Notes: generated by a model from the letters alone, not told the origin. Positions 27,570 to 36,677 are shown, counted from the stretch's first letter. The stretch: 64,000 nt of DNA from Anaerolineae bacterium (GCA_034435035.1 DAOTXW010000079.1:1551-65550); one strand, 5' to 3'. Numbers and translations are program-made.

Positions 27570-28924
27570 GGGAACCGGCCCACAAGGGGATCCAGGAACT
27601 GCGCGCGCAGCGCTTCAGCATGCAACGCCAGCTGATGCTGCACATAAGACGCCAGGATCAGCAGGGCCCAGCCTGCTGCCAGCAGCTCACGCAGCAGAGC
27701 GCGTCGAGGCGGCCCGGCCTGCAGCGCCGCATAGGCATCCCGCATGTGCTCTGATACGACTGGCAGCGCGAAGGTTCTTTCGGCAAAAGAACGACAGTTC
27801 TCTCGCATCTGCGCCAGCCGATCCGGATCGCGCAGCAGAGAGCGTATTGCTGCTGCCATCTCGCCCGGATCTTGCAGATCGCTGACGAGCCGCCCGGTTT
27901 CTCCATCGATCACCAGGTCTTCCGGCCCACCGCAGCGAGTTACCACAACCGGTATGCCGCAGGCCATGGCCTCCAGCAGGACGATCCCCAGCCCTTCCTG
28001 CGTCGAGGGCAGCACAAACAGTTGCGCTCCCTGATAGAGGCGGAGCAGCTCCTCCGAATAGTGGGGCAAGGAATCGAGCATAACCACTGAGCCGCCCAGG
28101 CCAAGCTCCTGCACCAGAGTAGCAGCGCGCCCGTGGGGATTATCGCCCACCAGCACCAGCCGCAGTGACGGGTATTCTCGGCGAATTTCGACAAATGCCC
28201 GCAGCAGCAGGCCGACATTCTTGCGGCTGTCGTTATAGCGCGCTGCCATTAACAGGTAATCGCCATGGGGCAAAGATCCGCGCTGCGCCGGGTCCGGGCA
28301 GAAGTGCCGGGTATCGATGGGGTACAGCATGGTCTGTACGCGCTCTGCAGCGTCTGGAACTGCCTGGCGAACCCAGCGTGCTGCATAATCACTTAATGTC
28401 AGGATCCGACCGGCTCCGCGCAGCGCAGCGCGCTCCTGAGCCAGCAAGAAGTGCCACAGCGGACTCGTCAGTATGTCCTGAGCCCACCGATCTCCCACCT
28501 GGACTTTCGACTCGAGTTCAGCCTGATAGCCTGTTGCAATCCACAATACATAAGGGATCCCGCGCAGTGCCAGCGGCAGGGCGACATGGGCGCTCCCGGA
28601 GATGACGAATACAGCCGAATGCTGCCCCATCAGCGGCCCAAGCAGGAAATAAGGGTTGAGATAGAAAAGCCAGATCGGCAGGCCCAGCGGCGGCGTCAGC
28701 ACCGTTCGCCGCCCATTCTCGTCAACCTCTCGCGGGGAGATATTCCGAATGACGGCTTTCAGTCGCGCCCATCGGCTGAGCGTAAGGCCAATCTCAGCCC
28801 GGTAGACAACCGGCTTGTAGCCCCATTCCTCCATCAAACGGTAGACAGCGTCGACCATCGAGGGAACACCACCGATCGGGGCTTCGACGTCAATGGTCAG
28901 GATTGCCGCGCTTCTGCTCATCAT
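27566..28924 (-). CDS. Glycosyltransferase, GT-B fold (GT4 family), paralog A
   Basis: C-terminal QEGLGIVLLEAMACGIPVVVTRCGGPEDLVIDGETGRLV. The N-terminus ILTIDVEAPIGGVPSMVDAVYRLMEEWG is shared with the next gene. Confidence 0.75.
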   Translation of the reverse strand: MMSRSAAILTIDVEAPIGGVPSMVDAVYRLMEEWGYKPVVYRAEIGLTLSRWARLKAVIRNISPREVDENGRRTVLTPPLGLPIWLFYLNPYFLLGPLMGQHSAVFVISGSAHVALPLALRGIPYVLWIATGYQAELESKVQVGDRWAQDILTSPLWHFLLAQERAALRGAGRILTLSDYAARWVRQAVPDAAERVQTMLYPIDTRHFCPDPAQRGSLPHGDYLLMAARYNDSRKNVGLLLRAFVEIRREYPSLRLVLVGDNPHGRAATLVQELGLGGSVVMLDSLPHYSEELLRLYQGAQLFVLPSTQEGLGIVLLEAMACGIPVVVTRCGGPEDLVIDGETGRLVSDLQDPGEMAAAIRSLLRDPDRLAQMRENCRSFAERTFALPVVSEHMRDAYAALQAGPPRRALLRELLAAGWALLILASYVQHQLALHAEALRAQFLDPLVGRFP

Positions 28925-28937
28925 CGTGCCCGATCAT

Positions 28938-30155
28938 CTACCCCCGCCTGATAGCGTCCTGAACTCGCTCAAATGCCTGCCGCATCATGGGCTCAATCGC
29001 CTGCCAGGAACAGTATGTCTGCACAAACTCCACGCAGGCCCGACGCATAGGCTCCAACTGCGCCGGGTTTTCAAGGAGATCGACGATCGCCCTGGCCATA
29101 GCGTCGGGATTGTCCCGCGGCACAAGCCTGCCCGTCGCGCCATCGCGGACAATGGTTTCCGGTCCGCCGGAACGCGTTGAAACGACCGGTGTACCGCAGG
29201 CCATCGCCTCAAGCAGCACAATCCCCAGCCCTTCCTGCTGCGAGGGCAGTACGAACAATGCTGCCTGCTGGTAGAGTCTCAATAACTCCTCCCGCGGCAC
29301 CACGCCTCTGAGGCTAACCACGTCCTCAAGCCCGAGCGATTTTATCAGCATCCGGATAGGATCGCCGGGCTGCTCTCCAACGAGTACCAAACGCACATCC
29401 GGCAACCTGGCCCGGACGCGGGCAAAGGCCTGGATAAGCAGATGGACATTCTTGCGTGCATCACCCGCCCGCCCCACCATTAACAACAGGCGCTCACGGG
29501 CTTTGTCACCGCGGGGGCCATCTGCAGGCCGGAAGAAAGTAGTATCCAGAGGGAAATGTGCGATCTGGATGTAATCAGCGGCTTCCGGGACCCGGCCAGC
29601 GATGCTCTCAGCCGTGTACCGGCTGAGCGCGAGGATGCATGTGGCCCGCCGGAGGGCCAGACGCTCCTGTGCCTGCAGAAGCGGCCATGTCGGGCTGTGC
29701 AGCACACGCTGCGCCCATTTCTCCCCTGCATCAGCCCGCGCGCAGATTTCATCTTCGTACAGGGTGGCAGTCCAGAGAGCGTAGGGGATCCGCCGCAGTG
29801 CCAGCGGAAGTGCGACGTGAGCACTGCCGGAGCAGACAAACACCGGTGTAAGCCGGCTCAGCACTGTGCCAGACAGATAATGCGGTACCAGGTAGCTCAG
29901 CCAGAAGGGTACCGGCATAGCCGGCACCAGCAAGATGCGCTGGCTGCCTCGTTCGTGGCTGATCCACGGCCTGCGCCGCTGATAGGTGATCGCCAGCCGT
30001 TGCCATGGGCTGACATCCCCCAGCACAGATTGTGCCCAGGTGATGGTCGGTGCCAGCCCCCACGACTCCATCATCCGGTAGATCGTGTCAACCAGCGACG
30101 GTACGCCACCCAGGTGAGTTGTTTCGATCGTCAGGATAGTGGCAGAACTACCCAT
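28938..30155 (-). CDS. Glycosyltransferase, GT-B fold (GT4 family), paralog B
   Basis: C-terminal QEGLGIVLLEAMACGTPVVSTRSGGPETIVRDGATGRLV. The N-terminus ILTIETTHLGGVPSLVDTIYRMMESWG is collinear with 27566-28924. Confidence 0.75.
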   Translation of the reverse strand: MGSSATILTIETTHLGGVPSLVDTIYRMMESWGLAPTITWAQSVLGDVSPWQRLAITYQRRRPWISHERGSQRILLVPAMPVPFWLSYLVPHYLSGTVLSRLTPVFVCSGSAHVALPLALRRIPYALWTATLYEDEICARADAGEKWAQRVLHSPTWPLLQAQERLALRRATCILALSRYTAESIAGRVPEAADYIQIAHFPLDTTFFRPADGPRGDKARERLLLMVGRAGDARKNVHLLIQAFARVRARLPDVRLVLVGEQPGDPIRMLIKSLGLEDVVSLRGVVPREELLRLYQQAALFVLPSQQEGLGIVLLEAMACGTPVVSTRSGGPETIVRDGATGRLVPRDNPDAMARAIVDLLENPAQLEPMRRACVEFVQTYCSWQAIEPMMRQAFERVQDAIRRG

Positions 30156-30164
30156 CGAGGCCGG

Positions 30165-31235
30165 TCATTCGCGGGAGGCGCGCTCCGCCAGCTGAGCGCG
30201 AGCGCGCAGCAGCAGATCGCGGTTCTGCTGAGCCCAATCAAACAGACGTCGGACCCCGTCCTGAACACGAACAGATGGCTGCCAGCCCAGCACCCGCCTG
30301 GCTTTGCCGATGTCACTAACATAGACCCGCTGATCGCCAGGGCGCCAATCATCATAGCGGATCTGCATCGATCTACCCCTCAGCGCCTCAAGCATGGCGA
30401 TCAGGTCGAGCAGCGAGATCACCTGCCCCGCCCCTCCGCCGATATTGAATATTTGCCCGACAGCGGCCTCAGGCTTAGCGATCACAGCCTGATAGGCATC
30501 CACCAAGTCGTCGATGTACAGGACATCCCGCACCTGCCTGCCGTCGCCAAACAGAGTCAGTGGCAGGTCCAGCACTGCTGCCAGCGTGAAATAGGCCAGC
30601 CAACCCTGATCTTCGACCCCAAACTGCCAGATGCCATAGATGCAGGACTGCCGGAAAACAGTCGTGCGCAGGCCGTAAATGCGTGCATAGTCACGCATGT
30701 ATTGATCGCCGGTCCCTTTCGAACAACCATAGGGGGAGTGAAAATCTACAGGCTGACTCTCCGGTACGCCATCCAGTAGCCCGACATACTGATAGCGCCC
30801 CTCGATCAGCTCCGTCCCGATATCCTCCATGCCACCATACACCTTGTTAGTCGACGTGTACAGGATGATCGGGTTGTGGGTCTCGCTCAGGGTCTCACGC
30901 GCTGCTTCCAGCACATTGAAGGTTCCCAGGGCATTGGCTTCAAAGTCATGGCGGGGGTTGGTCACCGACTTGGTCACCGCGGTCTGCCCTGCTGCATGCA
31001 GAACCGCATCTGCCGCAGCCACATGGGGCAGCAGGGCAGCATAATCCCTGACATCTGCCTCTACAAAGGTCAGAGCAGCAGCCGACGGGTGCTGGCGGAT
31101 CCAGTCCAGATTCAGGCTCGCGCCAATCCGCGACATGTTGTCGAACACGGTGACTGCCCAGCCCATCTCCAGAAAGCGTCGTGCCGTGTGACTGCCGATA
31201 AACCCGGCGCCGCCGGTGACCAGTAAACGCGGCAT
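30165..31235 (-). CDS. Extended-SDR nucleotide-sugar epimerase, CDP-paratose 2-epimerase (RfbE)-like
   Basis: VTGGAGFIGSH, FDNMSRIGASLNLDWI, DFHSPYGCSKGTGDQYMRDYARIYGL and GDGRQVRDVL match, from memory, the CDP-tyvelose/paratose 2-epimerase subfamily pattern. Confidence 0.75.
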   Translation of the reverse strand: MPRLLVTGGAGFIGSHTARRFLEMGWAVTVFDNMSRIGASLNLDWIRQHPSAAALTFVEADVRDYAALLPHVAAADAVLHAAGQTAVTKSVTNPRHDFEANALGTFNVLEAARETLSETHNPIILYTSTNKVYGGMEDIGTELIEGRYQYVGLLDGVPESQPVDFHSPYGCSKGTGDQYMRDYARIYGLRTTVFRQSCIYGIWQFGVEDQGWLAYFTLAAVLDLPLTLFGDGRQVRDVLYIDDLVDAYQAVIAKPEAAVGQIFNIGGGAGQVISLLDLIAMLEALRGRSMQIRYDDWRPGDQRVYVSDIGKARRVLGWQPSVRVQDGVRRLFDWAQQNRDLLLRARAQLAERASRE

Positions 31236-31237
31236 AG

Positions 31238-31906
31238 TCAGTTCTGCCCCATTCGTTCGCCAACGTAGATGATATCGGGGGCCACCTGCTGGTTATGGAA
31301 GACCCCGATCCGGTGCAGCCCGGTCAGCAGATAGCGGGCTGCCTGGCGGGCCACCCGGCCTCCACGCACAAACTCGGCCAATGCCAGCAGGATCGTCTGG
31401 CTCCCTTCCAGGGTAACGAGCAGCGTGTGGAAGCCAAACGCTTCGACAACCCCGCGCAGCCTGTCCGGAGTGTATTCCCGCACATGCGTCCTGTCGATGT
31501 AATGCAAATAGGTCAGCCCATAAATCGGCAGGGGGCCAGCGTCACTGTGCGGCACCGAGATAATCACACGCCCGCGGCACACCCGCGAAACTTCCCGCAG
31601 GATGCCACTTTCGTCCTGAAGATGCTCCAGAATGTCGTACATTACGACGACGTCGAATGCCTGGTCTGGAAAGGGCAGCGGCGCAGTGATCTCGCGCTCC
31701 AGCATCTGGATACGCGGATCCTCCACACGATTCGTCTGGTCGATCCCGGTGACCTGAAAGCCTGCGTCAGCCAGGGCACTGGCATACCACCCTCGCCCGC
31801 AGCCGAGATCCAGCGCAGTCCTGCCCGTTGCGTAGCGGTGCAAGTATTTCATCTTAGCATTCGAGGGGCTGTTCATCCAGCCAACATTCTGAGGAACCAT
31901 AGACAT
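31238..31906 (-). CDS. Class I SAM-dependent methyltransferase
   Basis: SAM-binding motif I ALDLGCGRGWYASALADAGFQVTGID and a post-I acidic residue. Size and layout are typical of Methyltransf_11/23-type enzymes. Confidence 0.75.
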   Translation of the reverse strand: MSMVPQNVGWMNSPSNAKMKYLHRYATGRTALDLGCGRGWYASALADAGFQVTGIDQTNRVEDPRIQMLEREITAPLPFPDQAFDVVVMYDILEHLQDESGILREVSRVCRGRVIISVPHSDAGPLPIYGLTYLHYIDRTHVREYTPDRLRGVVEAFGFHTLLVTLEGSQTILLALAEFVRGGRVARQAARYLLTGLHRIGVFHNQQVAPDIIYVGERMGQN

Positions 31907-31946
31907 CCATCAGGCGGCAGGTCTGCGTGGGCGTTGCACCCGTGCG

Positions 31947-31974
31947 ATTGTAACATGCTGACTTATTCCTGCAA
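31947..31974 (-). promoter_or_regulatory. Candidate sigma70-type promoter inside the cluster (upstream of the methyltransferase gene)
   Basis: Minus-strand reading: TTGCAG, a 16-nt spacer, then TGtTACAAT (extended -10). It lies in a 227-nt AT-richer gap. Sequence pattern only. Confidence 0.3.
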
Positions 31975-32065
31975 CCCTGATGCGCTCTCTCAGATTAAAC
32001 AGCTCAGTCGCATTTAGGGATGCCCCGGTTTCCGCTGGGCGCATATTCCCATTCCATGCTGCCAG

Positions 32066-32091
32066 AAATCAAAACAGGCGGCCAGAGCCTG
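32066..32091 (-). terminator. Weak candidate intrinsic terminator after the GT pair
   Basis: Minus-strand reading: caggc-tctggcc-gcctg followed by TTTTGATTT. The stem is only 5 bp. Confidence 0.3.
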
Positions 32092-32133
32092 GTAAAGTAT
32101 CGCCAGGGTGCAACGCCCTATCGACTGGTGTGG

Positions 32134-33297
32134 TTATGCGTCATCAGCTGTACTTGGTGCTTCTGCCGCCAGCGTGCGGTAGTGACCGGCTAGCTCCCGT
32201 TGATAAGCCTGCCACGTGAACTGCTGGACGTAGCTATGCGCCGATCGGCCCATCTCGCGGCGTAGATGTTCATCTCTGTAAAAGCGCAGCAGTCGATCCG
32301 CCAGGGCGTCAGGGTCCCGTATGGGGATCACATATCCATCCTGCCCGTCGCGAATGGCAGCGCCGACATTCTCTGTGACGATGACGGGCAGGCCGCAGGC
32401 AGCAGCCTCATACACCACCATACCGAAGCCTTCCTCGATGGATGGCAGAGCCAGCACAGAAGCCGAGTTGTACAGCGCGGGAAGCTGCTCCTGTGGCACA
32501 AAGGGCACGTGCCGATAGAGTCCCTCGTAGCGGGGCAGAAATACCCGGCTGTCGGCACCTTTCCATCCGACCAGAACCAGTTCCGCATCTGGCAGATTCA
32601 GGCGCCGAAAAGCTTCCAGCAGATACTGGACGCCCTTGCGGAGGCAGATCAGGCCGACAAACATCACCCGGAACGTGCGGTTGGTGCGGGCTGCCGGGCT
32701 AAAACGCGCCGGATCAAATCCGAGGTGGACCCGGCGCAGACGCGCCTCAGGGATGCCCTGCGACAGCATCGTCCGGGCAACAAAGTCTGAACAGACTGCG
32801 ATGGCATCAGCTTCTTCATACTCCTGCATATGGCGGCGTATCAGCCAGTGCATACCAGCAGGATAAGGAATGCCATAGCGGTCGAACTCCTCGCGCATCA
32901 GCGAGTCCTGCACCAGGGGGTGGGCGCTGGATCGCTCGATCAGGATGCGAGCGCCCATCCGGCGAGCCCGTCGGAGCGAGTAGAGACTCATGTGATTCCA
33001 GCCGTGGAACACTTCTGCGGGCACTAGATGCTGGCTCGCCAGCCAATCATAGAGGCGGTCACGGATCAGGTAGGAGAAGTACTGGCTGTTGGGGCTGGGG
33101 AAGTACTGGATGGCCTGGCCGATCAGGTTGGGCAGCGGCACACGACGGATCAGCGCCGGATCAATTCCGCGTTCACGTGGATCAGCGATGCCGATAATGA
33201 AACGACGCAGATACCCCGCAGCCGCGGCACCCCGGGCAGCATGATAGGCATGGAACACCCCGCCTGAGGAGATCACGACACGGATATCTGAGGTCAT
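32134..33297 (-). CDS. Glycosyltransferase, GT-B fold (group 1), paralog A
   Basis: C-terminal EEGFGMVVYEAAACGLPVIVTENVGAAIRDGQDGYVIP. Collinear with the next gene, ~75% identical by eye in the C-terminal half. Confidence 0.75.
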   Translation of the reverse strand: MTSDIRVVISSGGVFHAYHAARGAAAAGYLRRFIIGIADPRERGIDPALIRRVPLPNLIGQAIQYFPSPNSQYFSYLIRDRLYDWLASQHLVPAEVFHGWNHMSLYSLRRARRMGARILIERSSAHPLVQDSLMREEFDRYGIPYPAGMHWLIRRHMQEYEEADAIAVCSDFVARTMLSQGIPEARLRRVHLGFDPARFSPAARTNRTFRVMFVGLICLRKGVQYLLEAFRRLNLPDAELVLVGWKGADSRVFLPRYEGLYRHVPFVPQEQLPALYNSASVLALPSIEEGFGMVVYEAAACGLPVIVTENVGAAIRDGQDGYVIPIRDPDALADRLLRFYRDEHLRREMGRSAHSYVQQFTWQAYQRELAGHYRTLAAEAPSTADDA

Positions 33298-34454
33298 CGG
33301 CGATCACTCGACTCCGCACACAGGTTGTCATAGTGCGCCTTCAGCTCCTCATGATAAGCCTGCCAGGTGAACCGCTGGACAAACTCGCGGGCAGACTGCC
33401 CCATTTCATGGCGGAGGCGCTCATCGCGGTACAGGCGCAGCAGGCGGTCGGCCAGGGCATCAGAGTCGCGGATGGGCACAACGAAGCCATCCTGCCCATC
33501 GCGGACCGCGGCGCCGACGTTCTCCGTGATGATGACTGGCAGCCCGCAGGCTGCGGCTTCATAAACCACCATGCCAAACCCATCTTGCAGGGAGGGTAGC
33601 ACAAACACGGACGCGCTGCTGTACAGCTCGGGCAGCTGATCCTGGGGTACGAACCAGATATGGCGGAACAGACCCTGGTAGCGGGGCAGGAACGATCGGC
33701 TGTCCGGGTAGGCCCCGCCGACAAATACCAGCTCGGCATCAGGCAGATTCAGCTGCCGAAAGGCTTCGAGCAGATACTGCACGCCTTTCTGGAGGCTGAC
33801 TGACCCCACGAATAGAATACGGAACGGGCGTGCGGTGCGGACACCGGGGACGGGTGCGAAGCGCTCCGGCGCAAAGCCCAGATGCACCCGGCGCAGCTTG
33901 GTCTCCGGGATGCCGCTGGCAACCATCGTACGCCAGACAAAATCCGAGGGCACCATAATGGCATCGGCCAGGGCGTACTCGTCCAAATGCTTCTGAATAA
34001 CCAATCTGTCGCCCTGCGGGAAACGTAGGCCGTAGCGGGCGTATTCTTCGGCCAGCAGGTTGTGCGTTAGAACCGGGTGGGCCGACGAACGCTCGACAAT
34101 GGTTTTCATCCCCAGCTGCCGTGCCCGGCGCATTGAGTACAAGCCAAAGTGATTGAAGACATGGAAAATATCGCCGCCGTCTACATAACGACGCGCTAGC
34201 CAGTCATAGAGGTTGTCACGGACGTAATACTGGATATACAGGCTGAGGCCGCCCGGCAGTCGGCGTATTATCTGCCCGAGCAGCTCCGGCACGATCACCT
34301 GGCGGACACGCGAGCGGTCGATGCCGACCTCATGCCGATCATAGAAGCCGGTGATGAAGCGTTTCAGGTAGCCGGCTTTCTGTGCACCGCGAGCGAGATG
34401 GTAGGCATGAAACTGCCCGCCTGAGGAGACGATGATATCGAGCGCATGCCGCAT
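33294..34454 (-). CDS. Glycosyltransferase, GT-B fold (group 1), paralog B
   Basis: C-terminal QDGFGMVVYEAAACGLPVIITENVGAAVRDGQDGFVVP. ATGA overlap with paralog A at 33294-33297. Confidence 0.75.
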   Translation of the reverse strand: MRHALDIIVSSGGQFHAYHLARGAQKAGYLKRFITGFYDRHEVGIDRSRVRQVIVPELLGQIIRRLPGGLSLYIQYYVRDNLYDWLARRYVDGGDIFHVFNHFGLYSMRRARQLGMKTIVERSSAHPVLTHNLLAEEYARYGLRFPQGDRLVIQKHLDEYALADAIMVPSDFVWRTMVASGIPETKLRRVHLGFAPERFAPVPGVRTARPFRILFVGSVSLQKGVQYLLEAFRQLNLPDAELVFVGGAYPDSRSFLPRYQGLFRHIWFVPQDQLPELYSSASVFVLPSLQDGFGMVVYEAAACGLPVIITENVGAAVRDGQDGFVVPIRDSDALADRLLRLYRDERLRHEMGQSAREFVQRFTWQAYHEELKAHYDNLCAESSDRR

Positions 34455-34470
34455 GGGGCTATCCCCGGCT

Positions 34471-34504
34471 CAAAGCGGAGGGGCCGTGCAAATGCCGGCC
34501 CCTC
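34471..34504 (-). terminator. Candidate terminator/attenuator hairpin after the DUF5989 gene
   Basis: Stem gaggggccg / cggcccctc (9 bp) with a 9-nt loop. On the minus strand it is followed by cgcTTTg, a short T-tract. Confidence 0.35.
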
Positions 34505-34551
34505 TCCGGTAAATCCAGGTCAGCTTGCCCCTCACCGGGCTGCCGGCGGCT

Positions 34552-34734
34552 TTAGAACAGCGTGTAGATAAACGGCCCAACACCCGAAGCCGAGGCAAAA
34601 ATCAGGAGAAAGCCGAACAGCAGCAGCACAACCACCATCGGGATCAGCCACCACAGCTTGCGGGCCCACAGGAACTTAAGAAACTCCCCCACGATGCCGA
34701 GATTATTGCCCATATTCTTGAAAAACTGGATCAT
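34552..34734 (-). CDS. Small membrane protein, DUF5989-like (carbamoyltransferase-associated)
   Basis: Start taken at MIQFFKNMGNNLGIVGEFLKFLWARKLWWLIPMVVVLLL (ATG 34734), preceded by GGAGTGGAGA. It has one TM and sits directly downstream of a NodU/CmcH carbamoyltransferase, the usual context recalled for this family. Confidence 0.6.
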   Translation of the reverse strand: MIQFFKNMGNNLGIVGEFLKFLWARKLWWLIPMVVVLLLFGFLLIFASASGVGPFIYTLF

Positions 34735-34783
34735 CGTCTCCACTCCTGCCGGGAGCCAACCCGGCCCCAATCATCTACCCCCG

Positions 34784-36568
34784 TTACTTGAGGGCATCCT
34801 TGAAGATCATGAAATGGTCCATTACCAGCAGCTCCAGCGCGCCCTTGTAGAATGTATTGAATGCGTTCTGGGGGGTCGTGACGATCGGCTCGCCACGCAG
34901 GTTAAAGCTGGTGTTCAGCAAGACAGGGACACCTGTAGCCTGGCCAAAGCGCTCAATCAGCCCATAGTACCACGGGTTATCGCTGCGCCTGACCGACTGC
35001 AGGCGGCCTCCGCCGTTAACATGCGTTACCGCCGGAATCAAGCTCTGCTTGTCCGCCGGGATCGGGCGTACCACCAGCATGAAGCGGGGTGTATGCTGGC
35101 CCTCGTACTTGCCCATATCAAAGAACTCTGCGGCTCGCTCTTCCGCCACCACCGGCGCAAAGGGGCGGAAAGGCTCGCGGAACTTAATCTTGAGGTTGAC
35201 GATCTCTTTCATCTCAGGGCGGCGTGGGTCGGCCAGAATGCTGCGGTTGCCAAGCGCCCTGGGACCCCATTCAAAGCGGCCCTGGCTCCAGCCCACCACA
35301 CCACCGTTGACCATAGTCTCGACGGTGCGGTCAAGCAGCTTATTCTCATCCTCGACATATTCATAGGGGATGTTCTGGCTGTCGAGGAAAGCCCTGATCT
35401 CGGCGGCCGAATACTCCTTGCCCCAGTAAGCATTGTCCATGATCAGCTTACGCGGCTGATTGAGGAGCACGTGATAGGCATACAGCGCCGCGCCCAGGGC
35501 TCCGCCTGCATCACCGGCTTCGGGCTGAATGTACATTTCTTCAAAGGGAGTTTCGTCCAGGATGCGACCATTGGCGACGCTGTTGAGCGCCACGCCCCCA
35601 GCCATCACTAGCCGCTTGGAGCCAGTGCGCTGGTAAGCATAATTAGCCATACGGATCATGGCTTCTTCCGTGACCACCTGGATGCTGGCAGCGATGTCAG
35701 CAAAACGTTCGTTTTCCTTGACTTCGGCCCCATTCCGTCCCGGGTGGGTCTTGGAGGTGAAAAACTCCGATTCACGTTTGCGCTGCGGCCCGAAAAGATC
35801 CACAAAACGGCGGTTGTACGTATATCGGGGCGAGTAGTGGAAGCTAAAGTAATCCATGTTCAGGCGGAAGCTGCCATCATCGGCGAGGTGGAAGGTCTTA
35901 TAGACCTTATCCGTATAGCGCGGCTCGCCAAAGGGCGCCATGCCCATCACCTTGTACTCACCCTCATTGACTTCAAAGCCCAGATAAGCAGTGAAGGCGG
36001 AGTACAGCAGCCCAAGTGAGTGGGGGAAGCGAGTCTCACTGAACAGCTCGATATGGTTAGGCTGTGTGCCATCAAAGCTCCCGGTAGCATGGCCGATGGT
36101 GGCGGTCGTCCACTCCCCCACGCCATCAATAGTCACCACCGCTGCCTCGTCGAAGGGCGAAGCAAAGAATGCGCTCGCGGCATGCGACATGTGATGCTCG
36201 GCAAACAGGAGCTTCTCAGACGGTATCCTGAGCTTGTCCAGAAGCTGGCTCTTGATCCACAGCTTTTCATTGAACCAGGCAATCATTGATTCACGAAACA
36301 CGCCGATGGACTGCGGATAAGTGCCAAGAGTGCTTAAAAGGATGCGCTCGAACTTGAGGAGGGGCTTCTCATAGAATACCGCATAGTCAAGATCGTTCGC
36401 GGTGATGCCGGCCGCTTCCAGGCAGAAATCGATGGCCAGGTTGGGGAAGCCGGAGTCATGCTTCTTGCGGGAGAAGCGTTCCTCCGCTGCCGCGGCGATC
36501 AGCTCGCCATCTTTGAGGATGCAGGCCGCCGCATCGTGATAATAGCAGGATATTCCCAGAATATACAT
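34784..36568 (-). CDS. Carbamoyltransferase, NodU/CmcH family
   Basis: MYILGISCYYHDAAACILKDGELIAAAAEERFSRKKHD N-terminus (ASKHA/Kae1-like fold). C-terminal YrdC-like carbamoyltransferase region NTSFNLRGEPIV. Confidence 0.9.
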   Translation of the reverse strand: MYILGISCYYHDAAACILKDGELIAAAAEERFSRKKHDSGFPNLAIDFCLEAAGITANDLDYAVFYEKPLLKFERILLSTLGTYPQSIGVFRESMIAWFNEKLWIKSQLLDKLRIPSEKLLFAEHHMSHAASAFFASPFDEAAVVTIDGVGEWTTATIGHATGSFDGTQPNHIELFSETRFPHSLGLLYSAFTAYLGFEVNEGEYKVMGMAPFGEPRYTDKVYKTFHLADDGSFRLNMDYFSFHYSPRYTYNRRFVDLFGPQRKRESEFFTSKTHPGRNGAEVKENERFADIAASIQVVTEEAMIRMANYAYQRTGSKRLVMAGGVALNSVANGRILDETPFEEMYIQPEAGDAGGALGAALYAYHVLLNQPRKLIMDNAYWGKEYSAAEIRAFLDSQNIPYEYVEDENKLLDRTVETMVNGGVVGWSQGRFEWGPRALGNRSILADPRRPEMKEIVNLKIKFREPFRPFAPVVAEERAAEFFDMGKYEGQHTPRFMLVVRPIPADKQSLIPAVTHVNGGGRLQSVRRSDNPWYYGLIERFGQATGVPVLLNTSFNLRGEPIVTTPQNAFNTFYKGALELLVMDHFMIFKDALK

Positions 36569-36648
36569 TGCGTGCTCGAGGCGCCCCCACAGTTTAAGAC
36601 AGCATGACTATGCCCCGCGATCACCGCCGAGGCGGCTGCCGGCGCGCT

Positions 36649-36677
36649 ATTATAACGGCTGGCATCCGCTCTGTCTA
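36649..36677 (-). promoter_or_regulatory. Candidate sigma70-type promoter for the carbamoyltransferase/glycan cluster
   Basis: Minus-strand reading: TAGACA, a 17-nt spacer, then TATAAT, about 80 nt upstream of the ATG at 36568. Sequence pattern only. Confidence 0.4.

Noticed and set aside
29556-30779. 407-aa plus-strand ORF antisense to the GT4 paralog B and epimerase genes
   Set aside because: It spans two well-supported minus-strand genes and their junction. No motifs. Antisense artefact.
34658-35611. 317-aa plus-strand ORF antisense to the carbamoyltransferase and DUF5989 genes
   Set aside because: The minus strand encodes an unambiguous NodU/CmcH carbamoyltransferase, and the plus-strand translation has no family resemblance.
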